A stretch of 64,000 nt of DNA from Lama glama (lineage: Eukaryota), in contig CM052820.1 in the NCBI GenBank assembly GCA_028534125.1, forward strand, positions 61,318,001-61,382,000, given 5' to 3'. The notes under the pieces were generated by a model that was not told the DNA's origin, ran no database searches, and was given only the letters and a program-made list of their open reading frames with translations. This document shows, one piece after another, positions 1 through 13,789 of the stretch. The translations under genes and the position numbers were made by a program. Numbering within the stretch: position 1 is the first letter of the stretch; each line of letters opens with the position of its first letter.

Positions 1-3000
1 ACTCAACTGTGAACTATTTAAAAATACTTTAGTGATTCCCCAAAGCTTCCTAGGTCAAGATCAGTGTTCATCCTCATGTCCTATCAGCTCCTGCAGCCTC
101 AGATCTTCCTCTCAAGTACCTAGGGCAAATTGGTTTCCTTGAACTCAGGAGAAGTCATCCCTCTGGGCATCCATACACACTGATTTCTCTTACTGGTCTG
201 TCTTTTCCCCTATTGTGCCTGCTAAGTCCTACTCATTCTTTGAAAGGCAGCTCAATATTCACCTCCAATGTTGTATGCTAATTACCTCTCAAAGCTGGAA
301 AAAAAAAAGAAGTTTGTATAGTGATTTCCCAGCCAGAGGTAATTTCAATTAAATGCATATAACACTGAAGGCAAAATACTGTCAAAGCCTTAATTATACT
401 ATTTCATAAGTATGTATTTATTCATAGGTTATTATATATAGTCTTTTATAATTTGTTTTTATTTTACATAGTTTAATAATTACATTAAACTTTCACAATT
501 TTATAAATATATATTACCTTAGGGCAAAAGTCTTTATCCCACTGCTTCAAAATTCCTAATTTACACGTCTGTATCTTTCCAACAAAGTGTAAGCACTTTA
601 AGAGTAGAAATCATCACCCATTTCATAGCATAGAATTCTATACTCAATGTGTATCAATTGATAAAAGAATGGAAAACTGAAGTGGAAAGGATTCTCATAG
701 TCAAAACCAAAATAAGCAGCAAATATCTGTTTTGTTCAGTTTAAAAACTGATATATTTTACGCCTTTGGACTATATAAACTTAGGCAAGGAACCTAAATT
801 TTTACACTGTAATTTTTCCTTTAAAAAAACGATCTAGCTGTATTTACCATCCACTTTGCATAGTGTTCCTGCATAAATTAATTGGACTGCTTTAAAAAAT
901 GCTTGGAGTTCCTTCATAAGAAGCAGTATGCACTGAGATACCTATCTATACCACGTACTCTTTGTAAGTATCCTTTATATGGTGATTTTAGATTTATTTC
1001 CTAAGTGTCACTTAGGAGTCCTTTAAAAGAAAATAAGCACATTTGAAAGTATAAAACAGGATTGTAATTAAATCTCTTGTGCACCAAAAGGAAATTTTTG
1101 AAGCTATAACGGAGGTCATAAAAATTCACTAATAAAGTGTGTTGTTTAAAAGCAGTTCCTATTCAATTATCTCAATAAGCTCATGTTTATCAACAAAATT
1201 ACCTGTTTGTCATTTACATTCATCTCACAGTCCCTTCTGTCCACATACTTTTGTCTATAGCCAGGGAATTTTTCAGATTTGATGATTATATTCTAATAGT
1301 TCCCATCAATTTAATAACTTGTCCCTAAAAGGGCTCTTAAATGATTTTGAAAATTATTAAAATATAAGAGAAAATGTCTTTATAAAGTCTTTAGTGAGAG
1401 AAAGAAGAAGCAGTAGGGCAGCTGCACCAGGAAACAGGAAAAGCCACTACGCCAGTCTTTCAGGGTTTACTTTTACTTCTCAACCATCAAGATGAAATCC
1501 ATCCCTGGAACCACTAATGAGTTCTCCTTCTCTTACCAGAGTGGGAATAAAGAAAAGAAATGGAACATTACCGAGGACAGGCTGAGTTCAGACTCCTTCA
1601 GACTGCATTCTTGTATAAATCCTTAGGTCCTCAGTGAAGCTAACAATTTCCAAAGTTTTGAGAGCCCAAATTAAGCTTGAAAAAAATCTTCATTCTTTAG
1701 TCACCAGAAAATTTTGCAGAATTATAAACTTCAAATAATTCTCCTGAGGCTGCTAAATTTAGCCATTCATCTTCCCAACAAATCAGCAATTCAACCCACC
1801 TGAATTGCTTAGTGTGCACCTTATTTTTATGATCCCTGGAAAGATGCAACAATTACCCATTCCTTAGGTGCCTTATTGCCTGAAATAAAAGTCACTATGC
1901 CTATCAAATTAATATAAAGCTCAAATACATGGTTATATATCATCTTTTAAATGAGTGATTTTTTTTTCTAGTAATACAGGTGTGTGTCCAGCTCATATTA
2001 ACATCATCATATGTTAAATTGTTTAATGTAGCATCTGCTGCTTTTGCAGCCAGCCCAACAAGGAGATTAGAGACAGGCCACATCTGCAGTTATAAATAGC
2101 CACGAAAGCAGTCATGCTCTATAAAACAAAGATCTTCAGGCCACATAATGGGATGCTGGGGTGCTAGCCATCATCTGTGATAGATCCAGAACACTCAAGG
2201 TATTCTAGATTCATCTAAGAAATGATTCAAAAGTGCCAAAAGAAACCCAGAGCAATGAAATGTAATAGAATCTGTCAGCGCCTTGTCATTTAATTTCTAA
2301 CTCCCATAACTTCAGCTTCTGACAGGGACATTCTATTTGTGATGCAAGATTGGGGGGGAAATGGGTTTTAAAATTTTTGTCACAGAAATGGTTCCAATTC
2401 AAGCCTATTGCTGTATATTATACAGCACGAATGATTTAGTAGTAGAATAGCTTGATTTGCCAATCAGTTGAAAAATTTTTTATGAATAAACCCTACATAC
2501 CTAGTTAAGGTACATGCAGAAACCCTGGGAGGGAGCAACAAACTCATGAAACAGTAATAAAAACAATACTTCTGACCAGCAGGTGGAGCTGCAATCCACC
2601 ATTGTTAGCCATCGGAGATTTACGAATTTGGACTATCCTGTTTCCTTACCTCTAATTTCCCTATTTGAATTTTTCCTATCTTTTTAACTTGGTGAATTAT
2701 GTTGCGCTGGGCCCAATTTTTTTCCACCGGCAAAGAACTTAAAGGAAATTGTTAAACCTCCAGGACCGATCGACTGACTCTGCTAACAGTATCAACTGTC
2801 AATATTTTACAATAAACGTATTACCGGCCCTGTGGGTTACTGGGCAAAGCCATTTAAATGTCGGAAAATATCTATTTTACGGTTCATAAGAAGAATCCTA
2901 TTTAGATGTTAAAATGAGTGAAACAGCAGCACTTTACTGTAAAGATAGGCTAAATGGGTTGCTAACAATCTCAGGAGCCTTGGACAAAATAGACCCACCC

Positions 3001-3299
3001 ATTAACTCCTCAGTATAGGTCTTAGGGACGCTTACAGATGTGAGCAATTTAACACGTACAGAATGTAAGTCATTGATTAAGGAACTATGGAAGTTAAGGA
3101 ATTTGTAAGTCATTTACTCCAAGGATCAAAATGATCTGGCTAACTTATGAATATTATGTACCCTTAGTGTCTAAGGCAGAAATCACCAGCCAGTTACAGC
3201 ACTGTATTGTGCTGAGCCACATCAAGCCTCTCTTCGATACAGCTCTCACTTCAGATGAAACTAATTTGCCATCTCTAGGAATGATAAGAAAAACAAGAC

Positions 3300-6200
3300 C
3301 TAGAGTGATGTCAACCAAAACAGCAATATCAGAGACCCCAGTCTCCATCTCCTGGCAAAGATCAATAAATAGACAGCTACCCAAGAGCAAAACCAGGTCT
3401 GAGAGCACTCTGACGTCCACTTAAGAAACTTTAGCAACACAGTGGAACAAAAAGCCTGAGAATGCTGTACAAGAAGAGAAGAAAGACAGCTTAATTTTGC
3501 CTTCATTATCTAATCCTCCAAACTGGCATTGCTCAGTGCCATCAGGGAACTTTCCAGTTTGAAAAAGTTCCTCTCACCATGAAAGGAAGGGCAGAGAGAG
3601 CAACCAGCTTCCCCAGCCTCCCAGGGCACTGCACAACGGTCCTGCTTCCACCCAGACTGCAAAGCTGAGACACAAGACGACAAAGAGGAACAAGAAGAGA
3701 AGCAGGCTCCCGCTAGCAGCCGCACAGCAGGAACGACCATGGTTCACAGTGCTTGCTCTGCAGACAAACCAGCAGCGTTCACACTAAAGAGACCGACAGC
3801 CCACAGCCTCCATGCAGCCCTGGCAGATCTCACTAGTTTCTACCCTGCAGGTAGCCACATTAACTAAGAACAGCCACCTGAGTCCCTCCTCCCTCAAAAC
3901 TCTTCCCCCACCACAGGAGCCCAGGAACTGAACTGATGGCCAGCCCAGTTCTGTGGCTACGGGAGTGCAAGATGCCAGCCTAGACCACTCTGGCTGAGCC
4001 CCATCACCATGTGTGCAACTGGGGCTGGCCCTTCCAGCTGTGTACTTGTCTGCCTCTGTTCTCACAACCATCCCTGGCCTCCACTGCCTGCGACTGCCCA
4101 GGGGGAGACTGTGCAGCCACGGGAAATCCCATCAACCGCTAGGACCCGTGCAGCTACTTGTGGGCCCAGGTCGGTCTCTGTCTTGTCACTGGCCTGCACC
4201 ACTGTGCTCACTGGAGCTAGCCCCTCCAGCTGTGTACCTGCACACCTCCAGCCTGAATCCCATCACCACCCTCCACTGCCATACATCCTTGGTGAGACCC
4301 TGAGCCACAGGACAGCACACCGACAGCCAGAGTCCCTGTCGCTGCTGGCAAGCCCTTGCTATCTGCCCTGGCAACCACCATTACACGAGTCTGCCCCTGA
4401 CACTACAAAGGCACCTGCAGCAGGACCCCACAGCTGGTTGGGCGCACACCACAGGCTCTCGTCTCAGAAGGAGAAAAGGGCAGAAAGTTTATTCAAAAAA
4501 ATAATGGCTGAGAACTTTCCAAACCTAGAAGGTTTGGTCATCCAAGTACATGTAGCCAATAACTCACCCCAAAATTTCAATTCAAAATGACCTTCTCTGA
4601 AACATTATAAAACTGTCTAAATTAATCAAGGAGAATTTCAAGCACAGTGAGAGAAAAAAATGTCCCTCATACAAAGGATCCCCCATAAGGCTATAAGCAG
4701 ATTTCTCGGCAGAGAACGTGGCAGGCCAGGGGAGACCAGGATGATGTTTTTAAGGTGCTGAAAGAAACTGCCAAACAAGAATACTATCTAGGAAAGGTGT
4801 CCTTCAGAAATGAAAGTGAGATAAAGAGGTTCCCAAACAAAGGCTGAAGGAGTTCATCACCACCAGGCCTGACTTACAAGAAATGCTGGAAGAAGTTCTT
4901 TGAACTTAAATGAAAGGATGCTACTTAGTAACATGAAAACATGTGAAAATATACAACACACAGGTAAAGGCAGGCCTAGAGTCAGATTCAGAATACTCTA
5001 ATGCTGGAATATGGTGATGTGTTAACTACTTAAATCTACTTTATAGGTTAAAGAACAAACGTATTAAAATAGCTATAGCTACAATAATTTGCTGACAAAT
5101 ATAAAATAGAAAAGATATAAATTGTGGTTTCAAAAATATAAAAGGAGGGAGAAAAGGACAGAGTTTCTGTATGCAACTGAAGTTAAACTGTTAGTGTAAA
5201 ATAGACTCTTCTATCTGTAAGATGTTTTATGGAAGCCTATGGTAACCACAAAGCAAAAACATACAGTATATTTCACAAAAGATAAGAGAAGGAAATCAAA
5301 GCACACCGCTATGGAAACACCGAAATTCACAAAGGAATGCCCCAGAGGAAGAAAGTAACAAGGGGACTACAAAACAGCCAGAAAACAATTTAAAAGATTC
5401 TAAGTCTCTACCTATCAGTAATTACTCTAAATGTAAATAGACTGATTTCTCCAATCAAAAGGCATAGTGGATGAACGGATTAAAAAAAAAATACAGGCCC
5501 CAACTATATGAAGNNNNNNNNNNNNNNNNNNNNNNNNNNNNNNNNNNNNNNNNNNNNNNNNNNNNNNNNNNNNNNNNNNNNNNNNNNNNNNNNNNNNNNN
5601 NNNNNNNNNNNNNNNNNNNNNNNNNNNNNNNNNNNNNNNNNNNNNNNNNNNNNNNATGGAAGCAAGAGACAAAGTCAATATATAATGAAAAAGGAGTTGA
5701 TTCATTAAGCAGATAAAATAATCAAATATATATAAGCACCCAACACTGGAGCACCTAAATATATTAAGCAAATACTAACAGATCTGAAGGGAGACATATG
5801 CAGTAATAGGAGGGGACTTCAATGCCCCACTTTCATCAATGGATAGATCATCCAGCCAGAAAATCAACAAGAAAACATTAGAACTGAATTATACTTTGGA
5901 CCAAATGAACCTGTATATAGACATATACACAACATTCCATGCAATAGCTGCATCATACACATAATAAAGGCCATATATGACAAACCCACAGGTAAAATCA
6001 TATTCAGTGGTGAAAGGTTAAAAGCTTTTCCTCTAAGAAAGACAAAAGAGTACTCACTCTCACTTCTCCTGTACAATATAGTTATGTCAGTCCAACTCAA
6101 AGGAACTAGATAAGAAAAAGAAATAAAAGGCATCCAAATTGGAAGGAAAGAATGAAAACTGTCTTTGTTTACAGATGATACGATCTTATATCAAGAAAAC

Positions 6201-6575
6201 CCTAAAAACTCTACTAAAAACTGTTAGAATAAATTCAATAAATTTTCAGGGTAAAAAAACTCCACATGCAGAAATCAATTGTTTTTATACACTGAAAAAC
6301 ATCTGAAAAAGGAATAAAGAAAACAATTTCATTCACACTAGCATCAAAAATAGAAAAAAAAACTTAGGAATAAATGTAAACAAGGAAATGAAAGATCTGC
6401 ACACTGCAAATTATAAGACTTTAATGAAAGAAATTAAAGACACAAATAAATGGAATGGTAATCTGTGTTTATGAAATGGAAGAATTAATACTGTAAAAAT
6501 GTCTGTACTACCCAAAACCATCTATAGATACAATGCAATCTATATCAAAATTCTAATGGCATTCTTTACAAAAAA
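3300..6575 (+). mobile_element. LINE-1 relic: 5' UTR, ORF1 C-terminus and ORF2 EN/RT fragments; internally deleted and 3'-truncated
   Basis: GC-richer 5' UTR (3300-4460). ORF1-like peptide EKRAESLFKKIMAENFPNL at ~4470. EN-type sequence (atatataagcacccaacactggagcacctaaatatattaagcaaatactaacagatctgaaggg) at ~5730. RT-type sequence (ataataaaggccatatatgacaaacccacag) at ~5960. Many stops and frameshifts. Confidence 0.9.
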
Positions 6576-6819
6576 ATATATGCCAGGTACCTTGATGAGT
6601 GAAACAAATACGGTGCTTTCCATCAAGTTGCATAGAGTATCGACACTAAATAAGTGAACAGTGTGAGTCTTAGCAAGAGACAAGGTGTGTGTGTTGAGCA
6701 GGGATCTGGAAATAGGGACAGTGCATTCAAGAAACAAGTATGTGTGACTGAGGTACCATGATATTTTCTCATGACTGTAGTGAGGATATTCGTTTCTGTC
6801 AAAAAAAAGTTTTAAAAGG

Positions 6820-7430
6820 ATGTGTCCTTTTCAGTGTATCATATCAAGGGTTTCATGCTGTCCATATGTCTTATTGCTAGTGATGTTTATCTTGATCACA
6901 TCATTAGGTTGCTGTGTGTTGGATTACTCCAATGTACATTAACTATTTTCCCTCTGTCATTGATAATGATCTTGGTGGAGATACTTGGAGTGGATACAAA
7001 TCCCATTTCTCTTCAACCCTTGCCCACTAATTTCAGCATCCAATGGTGGATCTTGTCTGCAATATCTATTACTGTGCTACTTGCCTAATGGCTATTTTCT
7101 ATTTTTCTTTTCTTTTGACATTTATTAATTGAAATTCAACAATGAGGGAGTGCTCTTAACTCCCATTTACTTATTTTATTTTCATAAGGATTCGTGGAAA
7201 TTTCTTTTCTAGGTTAAAATTCAATACTGCCATTAGTTTTTGTTGCTCAAATTGTTCCATCTTTGGCCATTAGTTCCTTCAGTTTTATCTCTTGTGTTGT
7301 TCTGACAAGCCTTTATCTTTTTTGAGCATTTCCTTGTTTTCTGGAACCACACAGGTTTCCAGGCTAATATTATTTCTGTCCCAGCCCTAGAACCAACCAC
7401 TTTGCCTAGAATCTTGGGTTCCTTTTATTG
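6820..7430 (-). mobile_element. Old L1 (L1MC-like) 3' fragment
   Basis: Resembles the L1MC 3' end (tgcccactaatttcagcatccaatggtggatcttgtctgcaa). Confidence 0.6.
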
Positions 7431-8149
7431 GGTGATAAAAGTAATTCTTAACTTAGTGCATATTAGAGTCACCTTGGGGTTTTGAAACCTTTAAGTTCTA
7501 TTAAATCAGAATTTCTGAAGGTGCAGCCTAGATACCTGAATTTTTACAAAGCTATAGAGGTAAGCATGTGCATTTCTCTGGCTGAGATTCACTATCCTAA
7601 AAGGCAGCAGAGTGTCTGATATTTTTATGACACGATAAAAATGAAGGTGAAAATGTTCACAGATTCACCCATCTACTACCACTAGCCCATTGATAGAGAA
7701 TCCTCTAATAGCAAATATATCTCCTTTCCTTGCTCTCTCAGCCTCTCATCCAGATGAGCTACCAGTCTTATTTGACCTAGAATCAAAGCCTCGGCAGAGA
7801 GGACTGGTCATAGGGAAATAAGCTAAGAACCTAGGATAGAAGAATAATTACTAAATTTCAAAAAAATGAAGAATTAAGAAGGGGGTAGAAGGCAAGACTA
7901 AACCTTATAAGAGGGCAAGCTGTTTATCTGTGGGGACAAAATAAAAGAGCCCCACCTGAATACCATGTCCAAGAGAATTGGAATAGAGTCCAGGAGGTCT
8001 GCAAGTATTTCCTGAATTTAATCCTTTTTTATGTTCTTCTCTAGAAACGTGTGAAGAATGGAATTCACATCTAATTATTTAGGTTAACAATTTCTCAAAC
8101 AGAAGAGACTCAATGCATGGCATTCCTATTGTAATCTTCTAGTATCATC

Positions 8150-9365
8150 ACTTTGTTGTTTTCTAAAACGGCTATTTCACATTTTCTACTCTCACTCCAA
8201 ATATCCTAGGTCCACCCATACCTATCTGAGGCCCTCTCCTTATATTCCACTGAGAGAGCAGAAGCAACCAGACAGGAGATCCCTCCCGTGCCCACCACTT
8301 AACTTGAAATCTACCCAAAGCTATATTCACACTTCTCTTTTCTTCCAGTTACTATTAATAAAGTGCCTCTATTCCTAGGAAAGGCTAACATCTTTTTCTG
8401 TCCCCAACTACTGCAAACTCCCTAACTCCTGATTGGTTAGGTCCTTGCATTCAGATCCTTTACCTCCCTAATCCAGCCTGCCAAATTAGTCATCCAGTAA
8501 AATAATTCACTCTTTCATTGTACAGATATTTCCCAAGAATTTTTCTTGTATCAGGCATTGAGAATTCATGGTCAAAAAAGAAAATAGCTACATTAAGCAG
8601 CTCAAGTCTAAATTTTGGAGACAAACATGTAAACAAATAATTAAAGGACTGGGCTACAAATATGATAATGGCACATATCTAGGCAGAAACAGCATCAAGG
8701 AATGAGAACTTTACCCTCCCTACTTGAATTCAAGTCATATCATTTATTGGACTAAAACTCATAACTGGTCTCTCTTTGATAGTCACCCCAAACCCACAGT
8801 TCTTTCTATATGCAGTAGCCAGAGTGATTTCTCAAAATAAATTTAATCATGCAACTGTTGTCATGGCCTTTGGTAGGATAGAGGCAGAGCTCCTTAACAT
8901 GCCCACCAGGGTTCCCAGTGACAGGGCACCTGTCCATCTGTCTAGCTTCTTGCCACTCTTCCAGCATACATTCTCAGACACCTCTTTTTCCTCTTACCTT
9001 AGGATCTTTGAACATAAAATGTTATTCTCTTTGTATCCGCATCTTCTAGATGGATCTTCTACATCCTTTTTGTCCAGCTAACTCCTAATCAATATTTAGG
9101 TTATTTCAAGCAGCAAGGCTTCCTTAATTCCCCTGGTTAAACTACATTGGACACCAGCACTAAGGGATCCCACTGGGTCACACACTGATTGTAACACATA
9201 TCCCACTGTATTATAACTTTCTATTAAATAAGAGCTGACTTTCTCACCAAACGGGATTCTAAGAAGTCACAGATAAACCATCTTGCTCAGCCCTATTTTC
9301 TTAGTGTATATCCCAGTTTTGGGCACATGGTTGTTGCTCAGCAAATATTGTTAACTAAATGAATG
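8150..9365 (+). mobile_element. LINE-2 fragments including the 3' tail
   Basis: Pyrimidine-rich L2 body ending in ...gctcagcaaatattgttaactaaatgaatga. Confidence 0.6.
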
Positions 9366-9942
9366 ATCAAGATTTTTCATTGCTTGCCAGTTGTGAAAGA
9401 ATGGGTAAATATTTGATAAGAATTTTGTAGATAAAGGTGGAAGACTTTCACAGCAAAGGGACTAGCAAACACAAAGCACAGAACCCTGAAACAGCAACAC
9501 TTGTTCAGGGAAGTTCAAAGGACTCCCTGCTGCAGCAGTAGAGGGGGGCTAGGCCGGAGAAGTGGGGGCATTCATCTGGGAAGAAGATAGACTAGGAAAA
9601 GGATGGTCTCTGATCTATTGAGCAATTTACACTTTAGAGTGCATCTTATAGGAAGTCATGAAGGGCTTAAATCCCTTTAATTTTGCTAATGGAGAAAAGA
9701 CAGTGAACAAGCTGGGGCTGCAAAATCCCTGCCCCCAAATCCAAGCTGGAAATAAACCAGAAATATGGGCAGGACAGTGGGTCTTAGGTGATACCTAACA
9801 TCTAACCATAACATTTAGAAGCCTTAAGTCTTGGAGTAGGAGGTGATCAAAGATCTGGACTTCTGAGCGAAGGCCAGGAGACACAGACTAGGAAGGTGGA
9901 GGGTGGAGGGTGAAGAGCCACAGGAAAAGCATTGCCTGTGTA

Positions 9943-10157
9943 CAGCTGAGCCTTGAACAACACAGGTTTTAACTGTGCAGATCCACATACACACGTATTT
10001 TTTTCAGTAGTAAATGCTACAGTACTTTACCATCCAAGGTTGGCTGAATCCAAAGACACAGAGAAACAGAGGATGTAGAAGAGCAGTGTCTGTACTGGAC
10101 TTTCCACCAAGTGGGCGGTCAGCACCCCTAACTCCCGCACTGTTAAAGGGTCAACTG
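9943..10157. mobile_element. Tigger2-family (TcMar) MITE
   Basis: Terminal inverted repeats cagctgagccttgaacaac...tgttaaagggtcaactg, with TA on the left flank. Confidence 0.85.
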
Positions 10158-10739
10158 CACGTTTCTTTTCCCACATTGCCCTGGACTGATTACCGACCAG
10201 GATCACTGGGCAAGAAATCAGTATTCTGAGCATTCAGCTGGGAGAGGCAGCAGAACCATAGGCTTCTAACAGCATGAAGGAAGAAGCCAGGAGCATAAAG
10301 ACACAAGCGAGTGTCCTTGATCCTGACCTCTTTACAAAGCTGAGGACAACTGCAACATGAAGTGGCCCCCGGATAATAGCAAGGACTGGAGCAGAAGTCC
10401 TGGTAAGTTCCCTGGGGGTGAGGGGTGGGGAGAATGCAGAGGAGAACAGAAAGGATTGTTTGGGCCTGGATTCTAACTCTAGAAATGCTCATCCATTAAA
10501 AGGCCCTCTTCCCCAAACCCTGCAACTCTTCTGGAGGAGAAGTCAGGGCCCAGGATTTTATCCTCTTCCCCCAAAGTTACCATTATTGGCAAGAAGTGGC
10601 TAACAGGTGGCCACTTGCTATGAAAGTCTGAAAAAGAGGTAGCACAACTGTGGAACAGAGAAAAGTAAGAATATAAAATAATCATTCGCCTTCAGAGAGC
10701 TGGGGGAGATATGTGCAGGATGAAGAAGAAACATGAATC

Positions 10740-11065
10740 AAGAAAACAACCAAATGGTAATGGTGGCTTGGAAAATATAGGCACTGAAATAAGGAACTCA
10801 ATGGATGTGTTTAAAAATTTTTAATAATTTAATAGACCTGAAAAATGATTTCATAAGCTAGAAAGATTAGGGTGAGGAACTCTTGAAAAAGGAATGAGCA
10901 AAAGATAAAGGGAGGAAAAAATGGAGATAAAATAGATGAGGGTTAAGTTAAAATATCAATGTTAAGAATTCCAGAGTGAGAAGAATAAACAGGATTATAT
11001 GAAAATAAAAAAGAATTCCCCAGAATTAGAGGAAAATAAAAGACTTCAGATTGGAAATAACACCA
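10740..11065 (+). mobile_element. Ancient L1/HAL1 ORF1-like remnant (continues ~12480-13370)
   Basis: A/G-rich degenerate ORF1-like sequence (gaaataaggaactcaatggatg...agacttcagattggaa). Confidence 0.45.
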
Positions 11066-11069
11066 TGTT

Positions 11070-11700
11070 ATAAATATCCTCTAGAAAACAGCTTGAAGTA
11101 AAGCTCACACGCTAAAGATTTTTTGGGAAGCTGCAATTCGAGGGTGGCAAGAATGAGTGAAAAGGGAAGTGAAGCAAGGGAAGAGGGAAAGCAAATACAA
11201 GGTGGTGTGCTTTCAAGTTCACCACAGCTTCACAAAAATAAATCACAGTTTGGTGCTCAGTTGTATTTATTGTATTCAGACAAGCAAGTGTCTCAGGGAA
11301 TAGGATTTATCTGCCAACTCCTCCCACTTTCTGTCCTTCATTGCCTCATAAGGCATAAACTTTCCTGAACTTGGGGTTTGTGTTACATGCCTCTCCTACC
11401 TTCCAGTCAGGCTGCCTGGAGGGCAGCTCGATGTCTCTCCCTACACTTCTGCACTTCTTTTGAGATTAAAAGTAATAGGGAGTAATAGTCTCCCTAAGTC
11501 CCATTAGGTCAACCCTGACCAAGAAAACTACAGCATTTGGTATGATCAAGGCTATACTGAATTCCTGGCATTATCCATGGAAGTTGAGACAGCCTTCAAC
11601 CTTAGTGGAGTCCAGGATGTCCACTAAGCAAGTAGCCAAAGACTGTACACAGAATGGTCCAAGCAAATCTAAGAAGGTCCATACACTGGATCTAGTGCAA
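11070..11700. mobile_element. Old MaLR/ERVL-type solo LTR (MLT1-like)
   Basis: gggaagtgaagcaagggaagagggaaagcaaatacaaggtggtgtg resembles the consensus of old MLT1 subfamilies. Confidence 0.5.
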
Positions 11701-11759
11701 ATGCCAAATGGACAGAAGACATCCTCTCCACCACCCCACCACCACCAAATAAAACCACC

Positions 11760-12455
11760 AAAAATGCACTCCTTGATATCTACCCAAATAAGTGGACAAT
11801 GTATAACCATACAAAAACCTGCACATGCATGTATATAGCAGCTTTATGCATAATAACTGTCAAAAGTTGTGAGCAACCAAGATTTTCTTCTGTAGGTGAC
11901 TAAATAAACTCTGGTACACCCGGACACTGGAATATTATTCAGTGCTAAACAGAAATAAGCTATCAAGCCTTGAAAAGACATGGAGGAAAGTTAAACACAA
12001 CTTACTAAATGAAAGCCAATCTAAAAAAGCTAAATATTGTTATGATTACAACTATATGATATTCCGGAAAAGGCAAAACTAAGGAGACAGTTAAAAGGTA
12101 AGTGGTTGCCAGTGGCTAGGGAGGGGGGAGGGATGAACAGGGGGAGCACAAAGGATGTTAGGGGCAGTGAAACTACTCTGTATATTGAAATAGTGGGCAC
12201 AAATCATTGTACATTTGTCCATAGAATGTACATAGAGTGACCCCTAATGTAAACTATGGGCTTTGGTTGATTATGATATTATGATGTGTCAATGTAGGCT
12301 CATCAGTTGTAGCAAAAGTATCACTCTGATGATGGATGGTGATAATGGGGGAGTCTGTGCAGGTGCAGGGGCAGAGAGGACATGGGAACTTTCTGTGCCT
12401 CCACTGAATTTTACTGTGAACCTAAAATTGCTCTAAACTATAAAGCCTATTAAAA
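11760..12455 (+). mobile_element. L1MC1/2-like 3' end
   Basis: Diagnostic ctaatgtaaactatgggctttggttg...gtgaacctaaaattgctctaaa tail. Confidence 0.8.
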
Positions 12456-12819
12456 CGCACACAGACAAAATCTAATAGTTTCCAGAGATAAAGACGATCA
12501 TTTATAAAGAAAAGTGACACCAAATTTATCAATAACAAAACTAGGTACAAGAGGCTAATGGAGCAGTCTTTTCATAGCTTGGAAAGAAAAGAATTTTGAA
12601 TTTACATCTCTATGTAGAGCTAAAATTTCACTTAAAAGTAAAACAAAGATATTCTCTGCAATATAAGGAGGAAGAATCACATGGAAAGTAAAGGAGTAGG
12701 CACATTAGTAAAGTTTTGTCGTCTAGATAAATGATGACCAATGGAAACAAACATATCCAAACTCAGGCACCAAACTGACAAAAGAGCATAGTTAATAAAA
12801 GAGCAAAAGGAAAGGGCAA

Positions 12820-12970
12820 GGGGAGGTGATGTATATGGCTTTGACGGTGGGGTGGGTTTCACAGGTGTATACTCATCTCCAAGTATCTCACTGAGTTGTA
12901 TACATTAAATATGTACAGCTTTTTACAGGTCAGTCATACCTCAATAAAGCGGTTTAAAAAAAAAAAAAGA
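12820..12970 (+). mobile_element. Short L1 3' tip with AATAAA and poly(A)
   Basis: gttgtatacattaaatatgtacagc...cctcaataaagcggtttaaaaaaaaaaaaa. Confidence 0.75.
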
Positions 12971-13789
12971 GGGTAGAAGAAAGTGACCTGAGGCAAGTAA
13001 AAATCTTCTCAGATTATTTTCTTATTCACTAGACGTGGATATTGATAAATTTTAGAGATTAAGAAGGAAAATAAGCAAAAGTTTTGGTCTGAGTAATTTA
13101 GACCAAAGAATTTAGTAAGAAGCAGAGGAATTTAATTTGTTCAAGGGAATGAGGAAGGCAAGAAAAAGAAATTATGGACAACAAAATTCCCTGAATAGAA
13201 TGGCAAAATTAAGTTCTAGGAGAGCAGCAATTTCAACAAATATAAATCTATAAAAATAACTAAATAAGACTAGAAACTCTCAAATTAGAAGGAGAAAAGG
13301 ACCAGGAATACATTGTGGGAAACATATTAAACCCAAATGAATACATAAAGACTGAAAACAAAAAAGAGGGAATTTATTTGTTCAATTATTTCTATCAGTA
13401 TGAACTCAATGGATATTTATTTTATCCTATAGGTTAAAATTCAATACCATGTCCGACGCTCAGGCATCCAACAGATGGACCCCTTATTTGGGATTTCTTT
13501 TCTCAGATTTTAGAATTTTTTTTAATTACCAAGTAACATGTTCAGAATTATTAATTAATATTACAGGGGCCTGATGCTACAGATGCCTGGTATATATCAT
13601 ATGGAGACCAAATGTTCAAACAACATTAGAGTAAACTCAGCTGGGCAGAAAACTGTTTTACTCATTCTTTGCCAGGCATCTGTTTTCCTCTCCCCAAAGG
13701 CAAATCAAGAAGGAGTAATAATAATAACAACAATAATCATCTTTTTTTGCCGCTCAAAGGCAAATTAAAAATGAGTCATCATCACCATC

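Noticed and set aside
4009-4590. 193-aa ORF
   Set aside because: L1 5' UTR fused by deletion to an ORF1 fragment; not a host gene.
7209-13448. Shared 18-mer taggttaaaattcaatac at ~7209 and ~13431
   Set aside because: Both copies sit in fragments of the same old L1 family; not a TSD or a novel repeat.
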